Program-made: the position numbers and the translations under genes
Shown here: in pieces, positions 1 to 8,108 of the stretch
How positions within the stretch are numbered: the stretch's first letter is position 1
Layout of the letters: each line of letters begins with the position of its first letter
Source: a virus
Lineage: Duplodnaviria; Caudoviricetes
Virus record (IMG/VR): IMGVR_UViG_3300024046_000018
Span: 1-32,635 of that record
Length of the DNA: 32,635 bases
Direction: 5' to 3' (one strand)
The notes under the pieces: generated by a model
The model's database searches: none
What the model saw: the letters and a program-made list of their open reading frames with translations, nothing else
What the model was told of the DNA's origin: nothing

Positions 1-273
1 ATGGATGACACAGTTAACGCCCTCTGCTACCTGATCGAACGGCTCGCCAAGGAAACGAACCGCTCAACCAGCACGATTTCCCGCCTGTCGACCGGCTCGG
101 GCACAACCTACCGCCGCCTCAAGCTGCTCACCGCTGACGGCCGCCCCGTGCACCGCATATCCACCGAGCGGGTCGACCGTGCGATGCGACGCCTGTCTGC
201 AATGTGGCCCGCCTATCTGCGCTGGCCGCCGCAGATACCGCGACCCAGCACCATCACGCGGGGTGCAGCATGA
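1..273 (+). CDS. Small Ner/Cro-like DNA-binding protein
   Basis: 90 aa with HTH-like segment (STSTISRLSTGSGTTYRRL) and WP..WP..IPRP tail. First gene of the early operon, at the Ner position. Stop overlaps next ATG (ATGA). Confidence 0.6.
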   Translation: MDDTVNALCYLIERLAKETNRSTSTISRLSTGSGTTYRRLKLLTADGRPVHRISTERVDRAMRRLSAMWPAYLRWPPQIPRPSTITRGAA

Positions 274-1214
274 ACTCTGCACTCACCATCGCCCTGGCCG
301 ATATCGACACGTCGAACCGCGTGCAGCCGCTCGACGAGGCCAAGGCGCAGGAAATCGCCACATCGTTTGGCGTGCATGGCCAACTCATCCATCGCATCGG
401 CCTGCGGCAGACGCCGAAGGGCAAGAAAAAATGGGTGCTGGTGGTCGGCCGCCACCGGCTGCGGGCGCTAGAAATCGCGGGCCTCACCCAGCTGGTCGAG
501 GGCGAGCATTTCGACCGCATGGCGGTGGATGCCGCCCGGGCGCGACTGCTCGAAATCGAAGAGAACATGGCCCGCACGGACATGTCGCCCTTCGGCCGCG
601 CGGTGATGCTGGCCGCCTATCGCGAGGCCACCGGCCTTGACGGGCGCGGTGGCGACCGCAAGAGCACCGCGTTTCAGGCGCGCAACCAGGCGGGGCTGGC
701 GGCCCTCGGCGAAGGGTTTACCGCCCATGCGATGCGCGTGTTCGACCTCTCGTCCGACCAGATCGAGCGGCTGCTGCGCATCGGCGTGGCGCTGACCAAA
801 CCCGAGGGGCTGGCCGGGCGGCTGCATTTCTCGCGCATCGCCCGCAATCAGTCGCAGCTGCTCAAGCTCGCGGCCCTGCCCGAAGAGCAATTGGCGCGCG
901 CCGCCGAGGCGTTCGACGCGGCCAAGGGCGATTTTTTCGTGATGATGACGATCCTATCGCGCTCACCCGAGGGGCAATCGGCGCTGCTCAAGAAGTTGCT
1001 GGCCGGCGCCAGCCTGTCGGAGCTGGTCGAGGCCAGGCCCGAGCAGCCGGCGGGCTTCGACCATTGGAAACAGGTGATCAGCGCTTTCGATCAGCTCGAC
1101 TTCAAGGGCCGCGTATCGGCCACCGTCGAGCACTTCAAGCGCGACGAGAAGGCCATCAGGGCCGCTCTCGGCACCCTGGGCTACGAGCTGGTCAAGCGGG
1201 AGACGGGAAAATGA
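270..1214 (+). CDS. ParB/Srx N-terminal domain protein
   Basis: Start at ATG 270 (ATGA overlap). Motifs LVVGRHRLRA (GxxR), EIEENMARTDMSP and GRGGDRKS, then an HTH-like region. Confidence 0.85.
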   Translation: MNSALTIALADIDTSNRVQPLDEAKAQEIATSFGVHGQLIHRIGLRQTPKGKKKWVLVVGRHRLRALEIAGLTQLVEGEHFDRMAVDAARARLLEIEENMARTDMSPFGRAVMLAAYREATGLDGRGGDRKSTAFQARNQAGLAALGEGFTAHAMRVFDLSSDQIERLLRIGVALTKPEGLAGRLHFSRIARNQSQLLKLAALPEEQLARAAEAFDAAKGDFFVMMTILSRSPEGQSALLKKLLAGASLSELVEARPEQPAGFDHWKQVISAFDQLDFKGRVSATVEHFKRDEKAIRAALGTLGYELVKRETGK

Positions 1215-1345
1215 TGCGCTCGCTCGCCTGGATCGGTCTTGTCCTCGCCTTCGCCACCCTGGCCGCCCTGGTGCTGGCCGATGACGGCATGACGGCCTGC
1301 CAGACCGCCCATTCTTTCGGGGTGTGCCATGACACCATCCACTAA
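1211..1345 (+). CDS. Small membrane/exported peptide (44 aa)
   Basis: ATG 1211 overlaps the ParB stop. Hydrophobic N-terminus (MMRSLAWIGLVLAFATLAALVLA) then a Cys/His-containing tail. Fills the gap before MuA. Confidence 0.6.
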   Translation: MMRSLAWIGLVLAFATLAALVLADDGMTACQTAHSFGVCHDTIH

Positions 1346-3251
1346 GTGGTTTTCACTCGAACAGGCGGCGCTTGCCGGCGATCCGGCGATGCCGGGAACA
1401 GTGCGCGGCTGGGCCAAGATCGCCAGCGCCGAGGGCTGGCGCGACCGCGATGGCCGGGCGCGCAAGGAAGGCCGGGGCTGGGTCTATCATCTGACCCTGT
1501 TCCCCGCCTCGACGCAGACGCGGCTGCTGCTGGCCGCGCAACCTGATATTGCCGCGCCGGCCGAACGCAGCCCGCTCTGGCAGCGTTACGACGCGCTGCC
1601 CGAAACACATAAAATCATGTGCTCGGCCCGCCTCAAGGCGGTGGAGAACGTGCAGCGCCTCAAAGCTGCGGGCATGACGCTGGTGGCGGCGGTGGCGCTG
1701 GTGGCCAGCGAGGCGCAGGTGTCCAGCTCCACCTTGCGCAACTGGTTGTCGGCGGTGCGCGGCCACAATCGTGCCGACTGGCTGGCGGCCCTGGCACCGG
1801 ATTACCGGCCGACCGCGCAATTTGCCGAGGTTCACCCGGCCGCCTGGGCGGCCCTGAAATCGGATTACCTGCGCGCTGGCGAGCCCAAGTTTTCGGCCTG
1901 CTATCGCCGCATGGTCGACGCCGCGACGAAACAGGGCTGGGCGCCGATCCCCAGCGAGCGGGCGCTGCGGCGGCGCCTGGAGGCCGAAGTGCCGGCCGCC
2001 GTCATCACGTTGACGCGCAAAGGCGCCGATACCGCCAAGGCCATCTACCCGGCGCAGCGCCGGACCCGCATGAAGCTCAAGGCGATGACGCTGGTGAACA
2101 TCGACGGTCACCGGTTCGACGTGTTCGTGCGGCGGCCCGAGGGCAATGGCGCACCGTTCCGCCCGATGCTGGTCGGCATTCAGGATATCTACTCGGGCAA
2201 GTTCGTCGGCTGGCGCCTGGCCGAGACCGAAAGCCGGGTGTCGGCGCGGCTCGCCATCGGCGACATGGTCGAGCATTTCGGCATCCCCGAGCACATGATC
2301 CTCGACAACGGTCGAGGTTTCGCGAGCAAGTGGATCAGCGGCGGCGCACCGAACCGCTTCCGGTTCAAGGTCCGCGACGACGAGCCGGACGGATTGCTGG
2401 TGCAGCTCGGCGTCAAAATCCACTGGGCGACGCCCTATCACGGCCAGGCCAAGCCTATCGAACGCGCCTGGCAGGATTTCTGCGAGAACATCTCCCGGCA
2501 CCCGTTTTGCGCCGGTGCCTATACCGGCCCCAACCCGATGGCCAAGCCGGAAGACTATGGCTCGCGCGCCATCGAATGGGACGCCTTCAAGGTCTTTGTC
2601 GATGGGATGATCGCCGAGCACAATGCGCGGCCCGGCCGCAACACCGAGACCGCCAAAGGCCGCAGTTTCGACGCGGTCTTTGCCGCCTCGCTGGCCGAGA
2701 ACGACACCATGGTGCGCTGGCCCACGGCCGAGCAGCGCGACCTCTGGCTGTTGATGGCCGAGGAAGTCAGCGCGCAGCGCGGCAATGGCGAAATCCACCT
2801 GCTCGGCAACCGCTACTGGGCGCCCGGCCTGGTCGAGCATGCGGGCCGCAAGGTGCATGTGCGGTTCGACCCCGACGATTTGACCCGGCCGATCAAGGTC
2901 TATGACCGCAAGGGCCGGTTCCTGCTCGCCGCCGGGCTCTACCAGGATGCCGATTTCCTCGACGCCGACGCGGCCCAGCGCCATGCGCGGCTGCGCTCCG
3001 AGTACCAGAAAACCCAGCGCAAGCTGCGCGACCTGCACGTGACGATGAAGCCCGAGCAGCTGGGCGAACTGTACGCGCCGACCCACCAGCCCGACCCGAA
3101 GCCTCAGCGTCCCGCCGTCACGCGGCTGGCGACGCGCGGCAATGCCGCGCTCAAGGCCGAGCAGCAGGGCGATTGGGGGCAGCGCCAGGAGGAAGATTTC
3201 GGGGCCGTGGTTGACATGGCCGCGCAACGGCTCGCCCGCCGCAACGGGTGA
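1329..3251 (+). CDS. MuA-like DDE transposase
   Basis: 640 aa. N-terminal Mu-type DNA-binding domain (WFS...PGTVRG...EGW...GRGWVYH), catalytic D (NIDGH), D (LDNGRGF), E (KPIER), and a Mu transposase C-terminal region (VRFDPDDL). Confidence 0.96.
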   Translation: MTPSTKWFSLEQAALAGDPAMPGTVRGWAKIASAEGWRDRDGRARKEGRGWVYHLTLFPASTQTRLLLAAQPDIAAPAERSPLWQRYDALPETHKIMCSARLKAVENVQRLKAAGMTLVAAVALVASEAQVSSSTLRNWLSAVRGHNRADWLAALAPDYRPTAQFAEVHPAAWAALKSDYLRAGEPKFSACYRRMVDAATKQGWAPIPSERALRRRLEAEVPAAVITLTRKGADTAKAIYPAQRRTRMKLKAMTLVNIDGHRFDVFVRRPEGNGAPFRPMLVGIQDIYSGKFVGWRLAETESRVSARLAIGDMVEHFGIPEHMILDNGRGFASKWISGGAPNRFRFKVRDDEPDGLLVQLGVKIHWATPYHGQAKPIERAWQDFCENISRHPFCAGAYTGPNPMAKPEDYGSRAIEWDAFKVFVDGMIAEHNARPGRNTETAKGRSFDAVFAASLAENDTMVRWPTAEQRDLWLLMAEEVSAQRGNGEIHLLGNRYWAPGLVEHAGRKVHVRFDPDDLTRPIKVYDRKGRFLLAAGLYQDADFLDADAAQRHARLRSEYQKTQRKLRDLHVTMKPEQLGELYAPTHQPDPKPQRPAVTRLATRGNAALKAEQQGDWGQRQEEDFGAVVDMAAQRLARRNG

Positions 3252-3291
3252 AAAAAAAGCCCCTCCGGATCGGATCAGGAACCGGAAGGGC
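3251..3291 (-). terminator. Putative intrinsic terminator, antisense to the early operon
   Basis: On the minus strand a 10-bp stem GCCCUUCCGG/CCGGAGGGGC (one G-U pair) with a 13-nt loop is followed by U8 (A8 at 3251-3258). Confidence 0.55.
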
Positions 3292-3319
3292 CAGACGCTA
3301 AAAGCAAAGGAACAGCTAG

Positions 3320-4306
3320 ATGATTGCGGAAGAAATCACAAGCAAGAACGGCCGCAGCGCCGACGATCTACGGCGGCGCGATGAGCTGCTGATCGAGGTC
3401 GACCGCCTGATGGGCGACCGCAGCTGGAGCAAGGCGGAAGTCGCCCGCCGCGCCGGTATCGGCCACGGCACGTTCAACCAGTGGCACCGGGGCAATTACC
3501 CGGGCCGGTACGACACCATCAACGAAACCATCGCCATCTGGCTCGGCCAGGTCGACGATGTGGCCGAGGTTGCGGCCAGCGTGCCGGTCGGGCCGAGCTA
3601 TCTGCCGCTGGAATTTTCGGTGTCCGTGGAGCGGATGCTGTCGGTGGCGCAGATCATGGCCACCATGGTGATGGTGACCGCCGAGGCCGGGCTGGGCAAG
3701 ACGACCGTGGCCCGGCGCTATGTCGCCACCCATGCCAATAGCTACCTCGTGACGATGTCGCCGCAGACCGGCAAGGTCAACAACATGCTGACCGAAATCG
3801 CCGCCCGGATCGGCGTCGACGAGCGCAGCCCCACCAAGCTGGTCCGCGCCATCGCGCGGCGGCTGCGGCGCCAGGGCGACGGCACGCTGCTGGTGGTGGA
3901 CGAGGCACAGAACCTCTCCGATGACGCCATCAACCAACTGCGCCATTTCGTCGATGAAGAGGATTGCCAGTGCGGCATCGCCATCCTGGGCAACACGGCC
4001 ACCTATGGCCGCTTTAACCAGTGGGGCAAGGGCGACAAATACGGCCAGCTGCACCGTCGCATTTTCAAGCGCATGCGGGTGGAACGGCCCCGGCCCGACG
4101 ATCTGGCCGAGTTTATCGCGGCCTGGGGCATCACCGAGCCCAAGCAGGCTGAATTCTTGCAGGGCGTGGGCATGAAGCCGGGCGCGCTCGGGCAGGTGGA
4201 CATGACCATCAAGCTGGCGCGCATGGTCGCCCAGGGCGCCGGCCGCGACCTGACGCTGGCCGACCTCAAGGCGGCCTGGTCCAACCGCGACGTGGAGTTG
4301 GACTGA
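3320..4306 (+). CDS. MuB-like transposition AAA+ ATPase
   Basis: N-terminal HTH (SKAEVARRAGIGHGTFNQW), Walker A AEAGLGKT, Walker B LLVVDEAQ. Directly follows the transposase. Confidence 0.94.
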   Translation: MIAEEITSKNGRSADDLRRRDELLIEVDRLMGDRSWSKAEVARRAGIGHGTFNQWHRGNYPGRYDTINETIAIWLGQVDDVAEVAASVPVGPSYLPLEFSVSVERMLSVAQIMATMVMVTAEAGLGKTTVARRYVATHANSYLVTMSPQTGKVNNMLTEIAARIGVDERSPTKLVRAIARRLRRQGDGTLLVVDEAQNLSDDAINQLRHFVDEEDCQCGIAILGNTATYGRFNQWGKGDKYGQLHRRIFKRMRVERPRPDDLAEFIAAWGITEPKQAEFLQGVGMKPGALGQVDMTIKLARMVAQGAGRDLTLADLKAAWSNRDVELD

Positions 4307-4611
4307 TGGCAAACGTCAATTCCTACCCCACCCTCTCGGACGGCCTGGCGGCCCTGATCCGCGCCCTGGAGCCCTGTCGCAAGACGGGGATGGTCATGGT
4401 CCGGAAGGACGTGAACACGTTCGTGGATGGCCTTGTCGCCATGTACGACGAGGCCCGCCACCTGGAGACCATCGCCGACCGCGCACAGTGGAACCTGGCG
4501 GCACGCCGGGAGGCGCTGGAAGCCGGGCTGGCTGCTGGCACGGTGACCATATTGCCGGTCGTGCCGCGCGCGGCCGCGCACCGCGGCGGGCCGAAAGGCG
4601 GTGCGGCATGA
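4306..4611 (+). CDS. Hypothetical early protein
   Basis: Coupled to MuB (TGATG) and to the next gene (ATGA). Confidence 0.75.
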   Translation: MANVNSYPTLSDGLAALIRALEPCRKTGMVMVRKDVNTFVDGLVAMYDEARHLETIADRAQWNLAARREALEAGLAAGTVTILPVVPRAAAHRGGPKGGAA

Positions 4612-4922
4612 ACGCCGCGCCGACAATCGACGCCGAAGCGGCGGCCCGCAAGGTGGTGGCCGATCGTCGAGCCGTGTTCTCGACGTCGACCCTCGCCCTG
4701 GCCGCCGTATGCGAGGCGCTGGTGGCTGCCATCGACGCCCCGACGCCCGTCATCAGCACGGCGTTGGCCGAGGCCGCACGGGCGCTGATCGCGGCCGAGG
4801 CCGAGCACACCATGGCCAAAGGCGCCGATGGCTATGCGCCCCTCAAGATCGGCCTCGCCCGCGAGCAGGCCTTCCTCACCTTCAAGCTGCTTTTTGAACA
4901 GGAGTTCCCCGATGCAGACTGA
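4608..4922 (+). CDS. Hypothetical early protein
   Basis: ATG 4608 in ATGA overlap. Ala-rich helical protein starting MNAAPTIDAEAAARKVV. Confidence 0.7.
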   Translation: MNAAPTIDAEAAARKVVADRRAVFSTSTLALAAVCEALVAAIDAPTPVISTALAEAARALIAAEAEHTMAKGADGYAPLKIGLAREQAFLTFKLLFEQEFPDAD

Positions 4923-5568
4923 ACACATGGACGCCACCACCTTGCCTGATGGCACGGTCATGATTGGCGGCAAGCCCTACATGCCCGACGCGCGCGGCGG
5001 CTTCACCCCCGTCGAGCTAGTGAAGCCCCAGCACGCTCTGGAGGACCAGGCCGTGCGCAAGATCATGGCTTTCGCGAAGGAATTGTCGGCGCAGGTCGCC
5101 CGCTTCAAGGGCCATACGTTCGACGATCTGTCCGCCCTCGATGCGCTGCTGGCCGAACAGTACCAGGTCAAGCGGGGCGGCAGGAAAGGCAACCGGACCT
5201 ACATGACGCATGACGGTCTGATGAAGGTCCAGGTCGCCATTGCCGACCAGATCGACTTCGGGCCGGAGTTGCAGCAGGCCAAGGCGCTGATCGACGAATG
5301 CCTGGTCGAATGGACGGGCGAAGGGCGGGCAGAAATCCGCGCCATCGTCCTTCGCGCCTTCAACGTCGAAAAAGAGGGCCAGATCAACAAGGCGGAGCTG
5401 TTCGCCCTGTTGCGGCTCGAGATCGATGACGAACGCTGGAAGTCGGCCATGGCCGCCGTGCACGACGCCATCCGCATCACCGGCGCCAAGCAGTATTCGC
5501 GCTTCTACGAGCGGCAGAACCCGGGTGATCGCTGGTCAGCCGTCACCATCGATCTGGCGCAGGCATAG
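4912..5568 (+). CDS. DUF3164 family protein
   Basis: GGAG RBS before ATG 4912. Motifs YMPDARG..TPVELVKP, GGRKGNRT, FGPELQQAKALIDEC, YSRFYER and TIDLA are typical of this Mu-like phage family. Confidence 0.88.
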   Translation: MQTEHMDATTLPDGTVMIGGKPYMPDARGGFTPVELVKPQHALEDQAVRKIMAFAKELSAQVARFKGHTFDDLSALDALLAEQYQVKRGGRKGNRTYMTHDGLMKVQVAIADQIDFGPELQQAKALIDECLVEWTGEGRAEIRAIVLRAFNVEKEGQINKAELFALLRLEIDDERWKSAMAAVHDAIRITGAKQYSRFYERQNPGDRWSAVTIDLAQA

Positions 5569-5574
5569 GGGGCA

Positions 5575-5916
5575 GTGGTGTTCACAGACGATTTCATCAG
5601 GGCCTATCCCACTCCCTGGCGCATCGACGACCGGGAAGTTGTTGATGCTGATGGCTGCAACGTGCAGGATTTCGCGGCTAACACGCCCGAAGATCGCGAA
5701 TTCTGGCAGTGCATCGTAAATGCGGTCAATGGGGCCGCTGCGCGCCAGCTGATCGATGACGAGGATCTACTTCGCCTGGGCGAGAAGCTTGTCGAGATGG
5801 CGCAACAGGCCCGGGCGGCCGACGTCTTTGACTTTGGTGCTCGCGCCATATGGCATTTCGAGATCGATGATGACCGCTATCGCGTGGCGGTGGTTGTCGC
5901 GGGCGGTGCGGCATGA
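5575..5916 (+). CDS. Hypothetical accessory protein
   Basis: GTG start after AGGGGG. Acidic 113-aa protein with YPTPW motif. ATGA-coupled to the next gene. Confidence 0.7.
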   Translation: MVFTDDFIRAYPTPWRIDDREVVDADGCNVQDFAANTPEDREFWQCIVNAVNGAAARQLIDDEDLLRLGEKLVEMAQQARAADVFDFGARAIWHFEIDDDRYRVAVVVAGGAA

Positions 5917-6449
5917 CGATCCAGCACCTGACCTTTGAGGATCGCGGCCAGGACTTCTTATGGTGGGAAGTGGATGACCAGTCCGGCCGCATCGTGGGGT
6001 GCGGCCCGCACCAGGCGAGCGTGTGGGCTTCCGGCCGCTGCTCGGTGGACATGTCCACGGTCGCGCTGGGCGAGCGGCCGATCTTCCACGGCCCCGCCAC
6101 CGAGCCGGGCGGCCGCACATTAAATTATGTGATTGCTGCAATTCGCCCAGCCGAAACCGGGGGGGGGGTGGCCTCTATGACTGACCTTCCTCAGCTGATC
6201 GACGTGGTCAGCAGCAAGCTCGCCGAGGCCGATGGTGTCGACTGGCATGATCGGGAGGGTTGGGACCGGTTCGCGGCACTGGGCGACCGCCTGGTGCAGG
6301 AACTACGCGATGAGCACCGCGCCCGCATTCGCCTAGACCGACAGCCGGCGACCATGCTGATGGGCGGCGTCAGAACCAGCGCAACCGGTGGTTGGGCCGC
6401 CCTCCTGCGCAACTGGGTCAGCGCTGCGCAGCGGAGGCTCGAGCCATGA
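5913..6449 (+). CDS. Hypothetical protein; probable in-frame fusion of two genes (5913-6180 and 6177-6449) across a G10 tract
   Basis: Two dissimilar halves joined by GGG-GGG-GGG-GTG. Internal ATG at 6177 has an overlapping TGA. Confidence 0.7.
   Translation: MTIQHLTFEDRGQDFLWWEVDDQSGRIVGCGPHQASVWASGRCSVDMSTVALGERPIFHGPATEPGGRTLNYVIAAIRPAETGGGVASMTDLPQLIDVVSSKLAEADGVDWHDREGWDRFAALGDRLVQELRDEHRARIRLDRQPATMLMGGVRTSATGGWAALLRNWVSAAQRRLEP
6159..6168 (+). repeat. G10 homopolymer tract
   Basis: Ten consecutive G, the longest homopolymer noticed in the window. Confidence 0.9.
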
Positions 6450-6733
6450 AGCGCGTGCCACTGTCGCCGGCTGTCGCGCGACCGATGCTTTGGGGCCTTG
6501 CGCAGGGCTATTCGGTGCGAGCCGTCGCGCGGGGCCTGGCGATCCGCGAGAGCACGGTGGTGCAGGCCGTGTTCAAATTTGGTCCCGCATGGCTCGCCCT
6601 GCAATTACGGCGCGATTGGCAGGACCGGCGGCAATTGGACGCCGCTCGCCTCGACAATGATCCTCGATATCGGAACTGGTTCCGGGCAGCCACGGGCGCA
6701 GCCTGCCAGTTGGACGCTCTCGGAGAAATGTGA
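6446..6733 (+). CDS. Hypothetical HTH-like protein
   Basis: ATG 6446 (ATGA overlap). LAQGYSVRAVARGLAIRESTV resembles a helix-turn-helix. Confidence 0.65.
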   Translation: MKRVPLSPAVARPMLWGLAQGYSVRAVARGLAIRESTVVQAVFKFGPAWLALQLRRDWQDRRQLDAARLDNDPRYRNWFRAATGAACQLDALGEM

Positions 6734-7344
6734 TGAGCAAATCCATCGCCGCCATCCATGTGGCCAGGAAACAGCTCGGCCTGGACGAGGACACCTATCG
6801 CGCTGCCCTCGTCCAGGTAACCGGGATCAGCTCGGCGGGCGACATGACCGAGGCCCAGCGCCAGCGGGTGCTGGAGCATTTCCGCGAGAAGGGCTTCAAG
6901 GGGCCGTCGACAGGCCGTCGAAAGCCCCTCGAAGGGCGGTTTGCGGCCAAGCTGCAGGCGCTCTGGATTGCCGGGTGGAACCTCGGCCTGGTGCGCGATC
7001 GCGATGACCGGGCGCTGGTGGCCTTCGTGCGCCGCCAGACCGGTATCGACCATGTGCGGTTCCTGCGCCACGGCCAGGACGCCATCAAGGCCATAGAGGC
7101 CCTGAAAGGGTGGCTGGCCCGGGCCGGCGGCGTGGACTGGGACGCGTACCGGGACCCGGCCGATTGCGTGCTGGCGGCGCAGCTGCGGCGCCTCGAGACC
7201 GACCCCGCAGAGGTCGGCTACGCCATGCAGCTGTCGCCCGATGCCGGCGCCGAAACCGTGCGCGCGGTGAGCGGCATGGCGCGACAGACGCTGATGAACC
7301 TGCTGGGCGAGCGCATCCGTGCCTTACCGAGGGCCGAAAAATGA
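6733..7344 (+). CDS. gemA: GemA (Mu gp16/DUF1018) family regulatory protein
   Basis: IHVARKQLGLDEDTYRAAL..VTG..SA.DMT, KLQALW, ALVAFVRRQTG and IEALKGW are characteristic. Lies upstream of the Mor/C gene. Confidence 0.9.
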   Translation: MSKSIAAIHVARKQLGLDEDTYRAALVQVTGISSAGDMTEAQRQRVLEHFREKGFKGPSTGRRKPLEGRFAAKLQALWIAGWNLGLVRDRDDRALVAFVRRQTGIDHVRFLRHGQDAIKAIEALKGWLARAGGVDWDAYRDPADCVLAAQLRRLETDPAEVGYAMQLSPDAGAETVRAVSGMARQTLMNLLGERIRALPRAEK

Positions 7345-7610
7345 GCCGCGTGCGGGTGAGCGACCATGCGTTGCTGCGCTGGCTGGAGCGGGTCGAGGGC
7401 GTTGACCTGGTTGCCCTGCGCCACCGCATCACGAAAGCGGTGCAGCGGGGCGCCGAAGAGCGGGCCGAAGGGGTGCGGATCGACGGCGTCACGTTCAAGC
7501 TCGCCTACAACCCGGGCGAGACGGTGGTAACCACCACTGTTTCGCCCCGCACGCGGCCGCACCTTGCCCAGCCGCGCACCGCGACTGCCGCCGAGGAAGA
7601 GGGCGAATAG
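7341..7610 (+). CDS. Hypothetical protein (SDHALLRWLERV motif)
   Basis: ATG 7341 in ATGA overlap, 89 aa, between gemA and the activator gene. Confidence 0.75.
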   Translation: MSRVRVSDHALLRWLERVEGVDLVALRHRITKAVQRGAEERAEGVRIDGVTFKLAYNPGETVVTTTVSPRTRPHLAQPRTATAAEEEGE

Positions 7611-7629
7611 GGTGGCGGGCGAGCAGCAT

Positions 7630-8001
7630 ATGGCGGCGCTGGACGAGGCCGGGGTAAAAACTCCGGCCCACCTGGCCATCTATGTTTCGGTGCTCGGCAT
7701 CGACGCGGCCATGAACCTCTTTTTGACCATGGGCGGCTCACAGATTTACCTCTCCAAGCGCTCGAGCGACCGCAGCCTGATGGCCCAGGCCATCGGCGCC
7801 GAGGCGGTGGAGCGCCTTGCTGCCCGTGTCGACTATGGTTACGTTAAGGTGCCGCTCGCCCGGCAATGGATCGCCCAGGTCTTGCGTGACCGGGGCAAGA
7901 GCGACAACGAGATTGCCCGCACCATCCGCGCCGATGTGGCCACCGTCCGGCGCTGGCTCGGCTCCCGCCCCCGGGGCGAACAGCTCACCCTGCCACTCTA
8001 G
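7630..8001 (+). CDS. Mor/C-family transcription activator
   Basis: VLGIDAAMNLFLTMGGSQIYL dimerisation-type motif plus C-terminal HTH (SDNEIARTIRADVATVRRWL). Last gene before the lysis genes. GTG 7612 is an alternative start. Confidence 0.82.
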   Translation: MAALDEAGVKTPAHLAIYVSVLGIDAAMNLFLTMGGSQIYLSKRSSDRSLMAQAIGAEAVERLAARVDYGYVKVPLARQWIAQVLRDRGKSDNEIARTIRADVATVRRWLGSRPRGEQLTLPL

Positions 8002-8003
8002 CG

Positions 8004-8056
8004 GACCCGCGCAGCTGCGCCGGTAGATCGGGCCGGCCGAACCCTGACAGATTTGC
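8004..8056 (+). promoter_or_regulatory. Putative late promoter 1 (lysis/packaging operon)
   Basis: GACCCGCGCAGCTGCGC at 8004-8020 and CAGATTTGC at 8048-8056. One of three copies. Confidence 0.75.
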
Positions 8057-8108
8057 TCTCGAGCTTAGCGCGCCGGCACGGCGCGTTTATCGCAATTTGG
8101 GGGCACTC

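Noticed and set aside
204-269. Upstream extensions of ORF-track calls (e.g. 204, 4488, 4828, 7110, 9100, 9261, 9976, 18463, 20297, 27855, 28861)
   Set aside because: Extensions overlap upstream genes. Internal starts with RBS or ATGA/TGATG coupling are more plausible.
1353-3227. 624-aa minus-strand ORF opposite the transposase (likewise 3368-4312, 12263-14536, 15463-16851, 21669-23210, 24686-27412)
   Set aside because: Shadow ORFs mirroring GC-rich + strand genes. No recognisable motifs, and they overlap well-supported genes entirely.
3249-3291. A AAA AAG slippery heptamer plus hairpin suggesting a MuA-MuB frameshift fusion
   Set aside because: The MuA stop codon (TGA 3249-3251) precedes the A run, so ribosomes terminate before reaching it.
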